NCBI RefSeq assembly: GCF_006345805.1
Contig: NC_042997.1
Location: 203,670,001 to 203,734,000 of the forward strand
Length of the DNA: 64,000 nucleotides
Source of the DNA: Octopus sinensis
Lineage: Eukaryota
Direction: 5' to 3'
A model generated the notes under the pieces. It saw only the letters and a list, made by a program, of their open reading frames with translations. It had not been told where the DNA came from and made no database searches. Each line of letters starts with the position of its first letter. Position 1 is the first letter of the stretch. Made by a program: the position numbers and the translations under genes. Of this stretch, positions 8,271-18,939 are shown one piece after another.

Positions 8271-11200
8271 AGCTTGGACGGTTCAACTGGGAGCCTGTGA
8301 AGCCGGAAGGCTGCATCAGGCCCAGTCAGATCTGGCAGTGTTTCTACGGCTGGATGCCCTTCCTAACGCCAACCACTCCGTGAGTGTAGTGGGTGCTTTT
8401 TACGTGTTACCAGCACAGGTGCCAGACGGAGCTGGCAAATGGCCACGAACGGATGGTGCTTTTACGTGCCACCGGCATGGAGGCCAGGCGAGGTTGGCAG
8501 CGGACACGACGATCGGATGGTTCGCTTAACCACAGCTGCAACTTCCACTGATGTTGATCGGCCTCAATTTTGGTTCTGCTTTCTGATATCTGATTTGATT
8601 TGGTTTGATTTTCATTTTGATTTTGATTCTGACTGTTCTCACTGGTCTTGCCGGGTCTTCTCAGGCACAGCATACTTCCATAGGTCTCGGTCTCTAGTCA
8701 TTTCCTTGGTGAGACCTAAAGTTCGAAGGTCGTGCTTCACCACCTTGTCCCAGGTTTTCCTGGGTCTACCTCTTTCACAGGTCCTCTCAACTGCTAGGGT
8801 GTGGCACTTTTTCACACACCTATCTTCATCCATTCTCGCCACATGACCATACCAGCGCAATCATCTTTCTTGCACACAACAACTGATGCTTCTTAGGTCC
8901 AACTTTTCTCTCAAGGTATTTACACTCTGTCGATTATGAACACTGACATTGCACATCCATCGGAGCATACTAGCTTCATTTCTTGCGAGCTTACGCAAAT
9001 CCTCAGCAGTCACAGCCCATGTTTCACTACCATGTAGCATGGCTGTACGTACACATGCATCATACAGTCTGCCTTTTACTTTGAGCGAGAGGCCTTTTGT
9101 CACCAGCAGGAGTAAGAGCTCTCTAAACTTTGCCCAGGCTATTCTTACTCTAGCAGTTACACTTTCAGCACACCCGCCCCTGCTACTGACTTGGTCACCT
9201 AGGTAGCAGAAGCTATCAACTACTTCTAGTTTTTCTCCCTGGAATGTGGTAGAAGTTGGTCTCTGCATATTTTCAGAGCTTATTGCTCCTGAGCATCTGC
9301 CACAGATAAAAACTATTTTCCTAGTTAGTCTTCCTTTGACATTAGTACATCTCTTATGTGTCCATAGCTTACATTTGGTGCATCTTATAGAGTTTCTACC
9401 TACGCCTTTTCTACAGATCGAGCAGGGCCATCTACCTGAAGGCGTTTGTGATTGGTCTACCTTCCTACTTATTAGGACTTTGGTTTTGGCTAGGTTGATT
9501 CTAAGGCCCTTCGATTCTAAACCTTGCTTCCACACCTGAAACTTCTCCTCCAGTTCTGATAGAGACTCAGCAATTAGAGCAAGGTCATCAGCATAGAGGA
9601 GCTCCCAGGGGCATCCTGTCTTGAATTCCTCCGTTATTGCCTGGAGGACTATGATAAATAGGAGGGGACTGAGGACTGAACCTTGGTGGACCCCAACCTC
9701 TACCCTGAATTCTTCACTGTACTCGATGCCCACCCTCACCTTACTAGCAGCGTCTCTGTACATGGCTTGTACAGCTCTCACTAACCATTCATCTATCCCT
9801 AGTTTCCTCATTGCCCACCAGATAAGAGATCGGGGGACCCTGTCGAAGGCTTTCTCCATATCAACAAAAGACAGGTATAGGGGCTTGTCTTTGGCTAGGT
9901 ATTTCTCCTGCAGCTGTCTTACCAGGAAGATAGCATCAGTAGTACTTTTCCCTGGCACGAACCCAAACTGCATCTCATCTAAGCTAACTCTCTCTCTAAT
10001 TAGTTGGGCTATAACCCTCTCCGTAACCTTCATTACCTGATCTAGCAGCTTGATACCCCTGTAGTTGTTTGTATCTAGGGCGTCACCTTTACCTTTGCTA
10101 CACCAGTCATTGGGTATGACTCCTTCGTGTATCACCTGGTTAACTATACAGGTGACTAGGCTATAGCCGACACTACCAGATATTTTGAGCATCTCTGCAG
10201 TAATTCCTGATGGGCCTGGGGCTTTCCCTGTTTACATGCTTTTAATTGCCTTAACTACTAAGGAACTGTCAACTCGGATTGCTGGTCCCTCTGTTGAGTC
10301 GACATTCGGCAGACTCTCTTTATCCCATTCATTTTCCTTGTTCAGCAACCTTTCATAGTGGCGTCTCCAAACCTCTCTCTTTGCATCCTCATTTAGCGCA
10401 AGTGAGCCGTCATCCATGCGAACACATTTTTCTCCTACGACATCACGATTCTCTCTCACACACTGTCTTGCTATACGAAATACCTCAAGTCTTTCATCCT
10501 CACAGCGCAGGACATTGGCAAATTTTTTCTTATCTGCTTCCCCTCTGGCTAAATACACCTGCCTCCTAGCTTCCCTTCTGGCAGTCTGATACACTTCCCT
10601 GCTACCACCGTTCTTCCAGTCCTTCCAAGCCTGTTTCTTTTGTCTAATAGCCCTGTCAACAATAATGTTCCGCCACCATGTTATTTTGGGTCTTGAGGGG
10701 ACTTTGCACCAGCCACAGATCTGGTCAGTGGCTTTCAGCAGGTTGTCCCTCAGAAGCGTCCAGTTGTCTTCTACCCCATGTGTAGCTATACCCCCTTCAA
10801 TTTCGTCAAAGGCTTCAAGTAACATGTCTCTAAATCTCTGTCCATTCGCAGGGTCTTTAAGCTTCCAGACCCTTCTTCTTCATGTTGGTCGTCTTCTAGT
10901 CGTCCTCTTTGCCCTGATCCTAAAGTCACTAACTACCAGTCTATGTTGTGGGGTGCATTCTTCGCCTGGGAAGGTTTTGGCATTTATAAGCAGCCATCTT
11001 TCCCTTTTTCTGGCAAGGATGTAGTCGATTTGGCTAGTATGCCGGCCCGATCGGTAGGTGACCAGGTGGCTTGTCAGTTTCCTGAAGTTAGTGTTGCAAA
11101 CCATAAGACTATTCGCATTGCAGAACTCCAGCAGCCAGGTTCCCTCCTCGTTGCGGGAACCATAACCGTAGCCTCCATGTACGCCATGGAAGCCCCCAGC

Positions 11201-11602
11201 ATGTCGTCCAACATGCCCATTGAAGTCACCAGCCACAAAGAGAAGGTCCCTGTCGTTCGTCAATGAGGTGGTCTGCAGTAGGGTGTCATAGAAACTGTCT
11301 TTCTGTCCATCGGGTAGCCCTGGCTGAGGGGCATAGGCCAATATAATAGTTGCTAATCTATGATGAAGCACTATTCTAATCTTAAGTATTCTGTCACTTA
11401 CTCTGATTACCTCAATTACCTCATCTACCAATTTTTCAGCGAGAAGTATACCCACGCCTCCAACCCCGTCAGTGTTTCCTGCCCAGAAAATCTTGTACCT
11501 GTGTCCTTTGCCTGTGAGGAACCTAGCAGAACCGCCTCTCCACCTTACTTCTTGGATGCAACAGATATCAACTCGTCTCCGTTCAAGCATCTCGAGAAAA
11601 TA
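8271..11602 (-). mobile_element. RTE-clade LINE (APE endonuclease plus RT), 5'-truncated, with frameshifts
   Basis: APE motifs CIQEVRW, AGDFNGHVG, SQIDYIL and PQHRLVV (10880-11590). RT motifs HQGSVLSPLLF and LLYADD (8861-10192). The 3' UTR runs to about 8271. Confidence 0.95.
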
Positions 11603-11636
11603 ATAACAAAAAAGTAGTTTAAGATTAAATACTAAC

Positions 11637-11846
11637 CAGAAGAAGTTTCAAACCTTTCTCACCAGCTGCGAGAACTCCATCATCAACATATATCAAGCCA
11701 CTAATTACATCACAGTTGTACTTCACCAAGGCACTGATAGCATCTGCATCAATCATGACTGGGGCTATACGCTCTAATAAAGACTTCACAGCTGTGTAGA
11801 AAGGAGTTTGCTGGCCAGGATTACCAACCTTTCGCAATATTTCTTT
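11637..11846 (-). pseudogene. PDS5: PDS5-like internal exon (210 nt, phase 0-0), orphan
   Basis: ttacag|[42 protein letters not shown]...GLKLLL|gttagt aligns with recalled PDS5[44 protein letters not shown]. Confidence 0.85.
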
Positions 11847-11977
11847 CTGTAATGGGAATTTATCAAAGAATTTACATTGAGTATGAAAACAGTTTTTCAT
11901 AAAAAATTTTTTTTTAAATTAAAAAAAAAAAAAAAAAATTGTGGGAAAAATTGATTTATTTTTATTCAATGAGGTTT

Positions 11978-12345
11978 ATCTTTTATCTGTTACTTGTTCA
12001 GTCATTAGACTGTGGCCATACTGGGGCACCACCTTGAAGAATTTTAGTCAAACAAATCAACCCCAGTACTTAATTTTGTTTTCAAGCCTGCTACTTATTC
12101 CATTGATCTTTTTTGCCGAACTGCTAGATTACAGGGATGTAAACACACAAACACTGGTTGTCAAGTTGTTGGGGGTACAAACACATGATGGGCTTCTTTC
12201 AGTTTCCATTTACCTAATCCATTCACAAGGCTTTGGTCGGCTTAGGTTTGTAGTGGAAGACACTTGCCTAAAGTGCCATACAGTGGGACTGAACCCAAAA
12301 CCACGAGGTTCGGAAGCAAACACCTTACCACACAGCCACACCTGC
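11978..12345 (-). mobile_element. tRNA-derived CORE-like SINE
   Basis: Homologous along its length to the copy at 62565-62945. Confidence 0.7.
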
Positions 12346-12505
12346 GCTTATGAAACAAACAAATATTCCTCAACCCTATTGAAATACATTACTTTTAGTT
12401 CAATTAATTTTGAAAATAACAAAGAATTTAGTAAAATAGTCATTATTTAATGTCAGTTTTCCATGCAAGCAGGGGTTGGACAGCTGGATGGGAACTAATA
12501 AGACC

Positions 12506-14803
12506 AGAGAGTCTGCCGAATGTTGACCCAACAGAGGGACCAGCTATCCGAGTTGATAGTTCCGTGGTAGCTAAGGCAATTAGAAGCATGAAAACAGGAA
12601 AAGCCCCAGGCCCATCAGGAATCACTGCAGAGATGCTCAAAATGTCTGGTAGTGTCGGCTATAGCCTAGTCACCCGTATAGTTAATCAGGTGATACACAA
12701 AGGAGTCATACCCAATGACTGGTGTAGCAGTATAATAGTCAACTGCTACAAAGGTAAAGGCGATGCCCTAGATACAAATAACTACAGAGGTATCAAGCTG
12801 TTGGATCAGGTGATGAAGGTTACGGAGAGGGTCATAGCCCAACTAATTAGAGAGAGAGTTAGTTTAGATGAGATGCAGTTTGGGTTTGTACCAGGGAAAA
12901 GTACTACTGATGCTATCTTCCTGGTAAGGCAGCTGCAGGAGAAATACCTAGCCAAAGATAAGCCCCTGTACCTGGCTTTTGTTGACATGGAGAAAGCCTT
13001 TGACAGGGTCCCCCGATCCCTTATCTGGTGGGCAATGAGGAAACTAGGGATAGATGAATGGTTAGTGAGAGCTGTGCGGGCCATGTATAGGGACGCTGCT
13101 AGTAGGGTGAGGGTTGGAAATGAGTACAGTGAAGAATTCCGGGTAGAGGTAGGGGTCCACCAAGGCTCAGTACTCAGCCCCCTCCTATTTATCATAGTCC
13201 TCCAGGCAATAACGGAGGAATTCAAGACAGGATGCCCTTGGGAGCTCCTCTATGCTGATGACCTTGCTCTAATTGCTGAGTCGCTATCAGAACTGGAGGA
13301 GAAGTTTCAGGTGTGGAAACAAGGACTAGAATCGAAGGGCCTCAGAGTCAATCTAGCTAAAACCAAGTCGTAATCAGTAGGAAGGTAGACAAATCACAAA
13401 CACCTTCAGGTAGATGGCCCTGCTCGATCTGTAGAAAAGGTGTAGGTAGAAACTCTATAAGATGCACCAAGTGTAAGCTATGGACACATAAGAGATGCAG
13501 CAATGTCAAAGGAAGGCTAACTAGGAAGATGGTTTTTGTATGTGGCAGATGCTCAGGAACAATAAACACTGAAAATGCTCTGAGCCCAACTTCCGTCACT
13601 TTCCAGGGAGAAAAACTAGAAATAGTTGATAGTTTCCGTTACCTAGGTGACCAAGTCAGCAGCGGGGGTGGGTGTGCTGAAAGTGTAACTGCTAGAGTAA
13701 GAATAGCTTGGGCAAAGTTCAGAGAGCTCCTACCTCTGCTGGTGACAAAAGGCCTCTTGCACAGAGTGAAAGGCAGACTGTATGATGCGTGTATACGAAC
13801 AGCCATGCTACATGGCAGTGAAACATGGGCCGTGACTGCTGAGGATATGCGTAAGCTCGCAAGAAATGAAGCCAGTATGCTCCGATGGATGTGTAATGTC
13901 GGTACTCACACTCGGCAGAGTGTAAGTACCTTGAGAGAAAAGCTGGACCTAAGAAGCATCAGTTGTGGTGTGCAAGAGAGACGTTTGCGCTGGTATGGTC
14001 ATGTGGCGAGAATGGATGAAGATAGTTGTGTGAAAAAGTGCCACACCCTAGCAGTTGAGGGAACCTGTGGAAGAGGCAGACCCAGGAAAACCTGGGACGA
14101 GGTGGTGAAGCACGACCTTCGAACTTTAGGTCTCACTGAGGAAATGACTAGAGACCGAGACCTCTGGAGTGTGCTGTGTGCGAGAAGACCCGGCAGGACA
14201 AGTGAGTCCATAACCCGTGGCCTTCTACATGGGATGGAGCCAGCCTACGTATGCATACCTTCCCTTCTTGGGACACAAAACTCTACTTGTGAAGACGTGT
14301 TGAGGCAAGTGAGGATCAGAATCGAAATCGATCAATGGAAATTGCAGATGTGTTACCAGTGCCGGTGGCATGTCGAAACTCTACTTGTGAAGACCCGTTG
14401 AGGCAAGTGAGGATCAGAATCGAAATCGATCAATGGAAATTGCAGACGTGTTACCAGTGCCGGTGGCATGTAAGAGAACTTTCCGTTTCGCGACCGTTGC
14501 CAGCACCGCCCTGTTTCATGTCCGTTGCCAGCCTCGCCTGGCCCTCGTGCCGGTGGCACATAAAAAGCACCATCCGTTCGTGGCCGTTTGCCAGCTCTGT
14601 CTGGCACCAGTGCGGGTGGCACGTAAAAAGCACCCACTACACTTACGGAGTGGTTGGCGTTAGGAAGGGTATCCAGCCGTAGAAACACTGCCAGATTAGA
14701 CTAGGCCTGATGAAGCCTTCTGGCTTCACAGACCCCAGTAGAACCGTCCAACCCATGCTAGCATGGAAAACGGATGCTAAACGATGATGATGATGATGAT
14801 GAT
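12506..14803 (+). mobile_element. RTE-clade LINE, 5'-truncated, with complete 3' UTR and (TGA)n tail
   Basis: RT ORF 12450-13373 (YADD), frameshift into 13529-14401, and tail ...catgctagcatggaaaacggatgctaaacgatgatgatga. Confidence 0.95.
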
Positions 14804-15081
14804 GACTGCACCAAGCACCATAGTCTGTTTTGGCATGGATTCTCTGGTTGGATGCCCTTCCAAACACCGACCACATCGCAGAGTGTACTGGCTGTTTTTA
14901 TGTGGCAGTAGCACCATAACTTAGTCATTAATAAAACTGGTACCTGCAGCCTAAGTCATTATGGAATTTTGATGGAAAGTTTTAATTTAAAACAGAGACT
15001 TTGTAATATAGGACCAAGAGCAGTTTCAGGCAGATTAGTATCAAAAGGATTAAAGTGAAGAAAACCAAAGAAAATAATTGC

Positions 15082-15219
15082 AACAGCATCTTCAGCCTTG
15101 CAGCATGTGCAGTCTGAGCTGACCAGTGCTTTTAGACAATGGCAAACCATTTATCTTCTCTCAAAATATGATTGAATTTTTTAAGATGTTCCTGAGCTTT
15201 GTTAGGTTCAGGTAACTGT
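15082..15219 (-). pseudogene. PDS5: PDS5-like internal exon with a 1-nt frameshift and no strong donor
   Basis: ccag|RQLPEPNKAQEHLKKFNHILRED[K, one A missing]MVCHCLKALVSSDCTCCKAEDAV aligns without gaps (47 aa) to recalled PDS5B RNLPDPGKAQDFMKKF...LEVLVSPTCSCKQAEGCV. It is followed by gcaatt. Confidence 0.8.
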
Positions 15220-15227
15220 CTGGCAAG

Positions 15228-16206
15228 AGGGGAAAAAACTAGAAGTAATTGATAGCTTCCATTACCTAGGTGACCAAGTCAGTAGCTGGGATGGATGCTC
15301 TGAGAGTGTAGCTGCTAGAATAAGAATAGCCTGGGCAAAGTTCAGAGAGTTCCTATCTCTGCTGGTGACAAAGGTCCTCTTGCTGAGTAAAAGGTAGATT
15401 GTATGATGCATGTGTACAAAGAGCCATGCTACATGGCAGTGAAACATGGGCTGTGACTGCTGAGGACATGTGTAAGCTTGCAAGGAATGAAGCCAGTATG
15501 CTCCGCAGGATGTGTAATGTCAGTGTGCATACACGACAGAGTGTAAGCACACTGAGAGAAAAGTTGAACATAAGAAGCATCAGATGTAGTATGCAAGAGA
15601 GATGACTGTGTTGGTATGGCCATATGTTGCATATGGATGAGGACAGCTGTGTGAAAAAGTGTCACACCCTAGCAGTAGAGGGAACCTGTGGAAGAGGTAG
15701 ACCCAGGAAGACCTGGGATGAAGTAGTGAAGCATGACCTTCAATGTTGGGCCTCACGGAGGTGATGACAAATGACCGAGGCCTTTGGAGATATGCTGTGC
15801 TTGAGAAGACCCGGCAAGCCAAGTGAGATTGTAGCCATGGCCTGTGCCAGTGCAGCATAACTGGCCCATTAAGGAGTACCCTTCAATCATTGAGCAATAA
15901 ACTTTGCTAGTGAAGACCTGTTGAGTCAAGTGAAGTCATTGTCATGGCCGATGCCAGTACCGCCTGATTAGCTCCTGTACCAGTGGCACGTAAAAAGCAC
16001 CATTCAAGCATGATCAATGCCAGTACCACTTGACTGGCCCTCGTGCTGGCGGCACATAGAAAGCACCCACAGCACTCTCAGAGCTGTTGGCATTAGGAAG
16101 GCATCCAGCTGTAGAAACTTTACCAGATTAGATAGGAGCCTCAGTCAAACCGTCCAACCCATGCCAGAGTGGAAAGTGGATGTTGAATGACGATGATGAT
16201 GATGAT
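15228..16206 (+). mobile_element. Degenerate RTE 3' portion with (GAT)n tail
   Basis: Translates ...MYDACVQRAMLHGSETWAVTAEDM...; RTE 3' UTR and tail at about 16190-16206. Confidence 0.88.
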
Positions 16207-16234
16207 ATATATATATATATATATACATATACAT

Positions 16235-18110
16235 AGCCATCAATATTTTTGTCTCATTGGTGTAACTTGTTACGTTGGCTGAATGCACCTCTGAGCTTTT
16301 ATACTGGATAAGGTAATAATGGTCCTAGTGTGTCCTGAGGTATACCACTCATTACAGGTGACTTTGCAGAGATAAAACTATTTGCTGTAACAGACTGATT
16401 CCTAGCTTGTAAGAAGTTGTTTTTGTCATTATATGTAATTATTCTTTTTTCGAACAATGTGTTTGACAATTTTAGATGTGTACAGGTATTACTATTGTGC
16501 CTTTCAGTAGTTCAAGGAATATGCTGGTTTCTAGTAATTTTTTAAACAGCATCTTTAATGGTCTTATGAGGCTGTTTTTGCACACTTTTAACAGTGTGGC
16601 TGGGAGACCATCTGGTCTGGATGGTGAATTGGAATCTAGTTCATTAATAACTGCCAGTATATCATCTTCCATAATGTCTTCAATTTCTAGACATGTCTCT
16701 GAAGCTGAATTTTGGGTTATGTACTATTTTGTTAATGATTGGTTGGGAAAATGCACTGTTATATCGGTGGCTTGAGAGTCACATATTTTTGATGACACAT
16801 TAGTATGTGATCCATTTTGGTCCATTAGAGAGCCAATCTGGTTATGTATAGATGATTTTTGTTTAGCAAAGTGGGAAAAGAACTTTGGATTAGATTCTAT
16901 ATTCTCCACTGCTCAGTGTTCCTTTAGTGAAGTTTCTTTTCATAAGATATTTTTAGGTCCAGTTCAATGTTTTTTATTTTCTTATTTTTTTGTTTCATAA
17001 ACTCATCTGTTGAGGGGGTTTGGTTTTTAGCTGTTTTGTTAGTTTGGTTCTGTTACAGATTAATATCTATTTATCTCATGGAATCAAGTTCTTACGGAAA
17101 TAGGTGTGTTTATATGGGGAATGCTTTTGATAGATCTCGATTAACTCTTCATTGAGAAACTTGAGGTTGGCAATATGCTGAGACTAGTTTGTTTTGAGGA
17201 TCTCAGTTTCAATTTTCTTCCACTCAGCTGTTCTGAAATTCAAGTTCATGAGGAGTGAGTTGTGTGTGTTGTCCTCTTTGAACCATATATAGATAATTGT
17301 ATCATGTGGTTAGAAATAGTTGTTGAGATGATCTGAACATTGCATATGACACCTGTATTGGTGATAAAAACTAGGTTGACATTACTTGTGGACAGGTAAT
17401 GATTTATTGCATGAGAAAAGCTTCAGTGGTGTCTAGAAGACAAGGAGAGCAATCATATCTCTCTTGTTTAGTTCCAGGTTGGATATAGGCCAGTTGAGAC
17501 CAGGAAAATCGAAGTTCCCTGTGGACTAGCATCACATAGGGTTTGACTTATAACAAAGCATACCTGAAGTGATTTCCCTGGTTAACCGCGTCAGGGGGAC
17601 AGCAGGTAATGCCTACGATCATATCAAGGTCGATGACATGCATTATTAGTGTATGGCAGTGTGTTGGATTGGGAGAGGAGGACATCTGTGGCTAGGTCTT
17701 CACGGTTGAGGAGCGCTCCTCTTCCTTGTTTCAGTATTCTATGGTCAGTTGTGTGTAGTATATAAACTAAATAGTGAACTTCCGCATCCAATATACCTGG
17801 AATCAGGTGTGTCTCAGTAACAACGAAGAAAGCAATGTGATGAGGGTGCTTGAGAAGCCAATTTTCAACGAGTTGAATTTTCCATCTTTTTGCAAGGCCG
17901 GATGGATTGATGCCTTGTGCATCCAGCAGAACTGTTGGGGTTGGAATAATATCTCGATTACACTTTCTTAGGGGCCTCGAAAGAGACTCATGACTTAATG
18001 GCAGCGAGGAGGGTAATTTTTGCCCTGGGGTAGTGACAGAGAGTTGGTGGTGTGTGATAGCTAAGATATTTTTCTGAATCTCTTTTGTTAGGTTCTGCAT
18101 GAATAAAAAA
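16235..18110 (-). mobile_element. Decayed CR1/L2-like LINE (endonuclease and RT remnants)
   Basis: Fragments translate FVVTETHL, IESNPKFFSHFAK, PSRPDGLPATLLKVCKNSLIRPLKMLF and an SGIPQ..LGPLL-like block. Confidence 0.7.
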
Positions 18111-18744
18111 TAATTTACCTGGTTAAGGAGTATTTAGTGGCTGAAGTTGTGGTTATACTGACAGTTTTGTCGGTTGTTTATTTTGTTAAATGTGTGTGTG
18201 TGTGTAGGAATGTCAATATTATATATACATACACACACTCATATAAACATGCTCTCTATATAGTATATGGTGCCAATTCAATTTACGCAAATCTTTAAAT
18301 ACAATTTGGAGTTGCGCCTTTATAAAGAAATATTCTAAAAACTGAAAAAAAAAAGAGAGAGATAAAGGTTCTTTTACCTATCATTTTTATTCATCACGAA
18401 GATAAAAAATTTTCTTGCTCCTATTCCAACTTCTGCTGTTTCATCTTATTCTGGAAAATCTGTCTATACCAACTATATATACTGTATATACAAGTACTCT
18501 ATCCACAAACACTATTTATTTGTGCGTATCATCTAAATTTGGTCCGATAGTTCTGGTGTGTTTTTTTAACAATAAAACACCAACGATACATGTATTAATT
18601 GTTTAAATCAATAACAAAAACGTTGTGTGACATTTCAAAACGAGTGAATACTATTGAAGATCATTATTAGGGATCACTAAAAATGTCAGGAAGAAGAAAA
18701 TAAGACCATTATATTGAACGATATATTCAGCAGGAATATGTCTG

Positions 18745-18835
18745 TATTTCGGAAGTAATTCTTAAAAATCCCGCAAAATATTTCGCGGGGTTACCAAGGT
18801 ATTGGAGCATGCGCAGAGCAACGCGGCCATTTTCG
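18745..18835. promoter_or_regulatory. CEP76 proximal promoter, CpG-rich and possibly bidirectional
   Basis: ETS-like CGGAAGT (18750-56), near-palindromic E2F-like pair CCCGCAAAAT/ATTTCGCGGG (18770-89), NRF1-like GCATGCGCA (18807-15) and YY1-like GCGGCCATTTT (18823-33). All lie within 130 nt of the ATG. Confidence 0.6.
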
Positions 18836-18876
18836 AAAGCACGTCCGACGAATTCAGTGATGGACATGTTGTAAAT

Positions 18877-18939
18877 ATGGATTTAAAATCAGACAAAGTA
18901 ATTCAGTTGAAACAGAGGGTTCAAAATCATTTATCCCAG
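18877..18939 (+). CDS. CEP76: CEP76 exon 1
   Basis: MDLKSDKVIQLKQRVQNHLSQ|gtaagg, 21 codons. Confidence 0.85.

Noticed and set aside
9246-13599. Repeated ORFs such as MNSSVIAWRTMINRRGL...
   Set aside because: They are antisense frames of the RTE RT in each copy.
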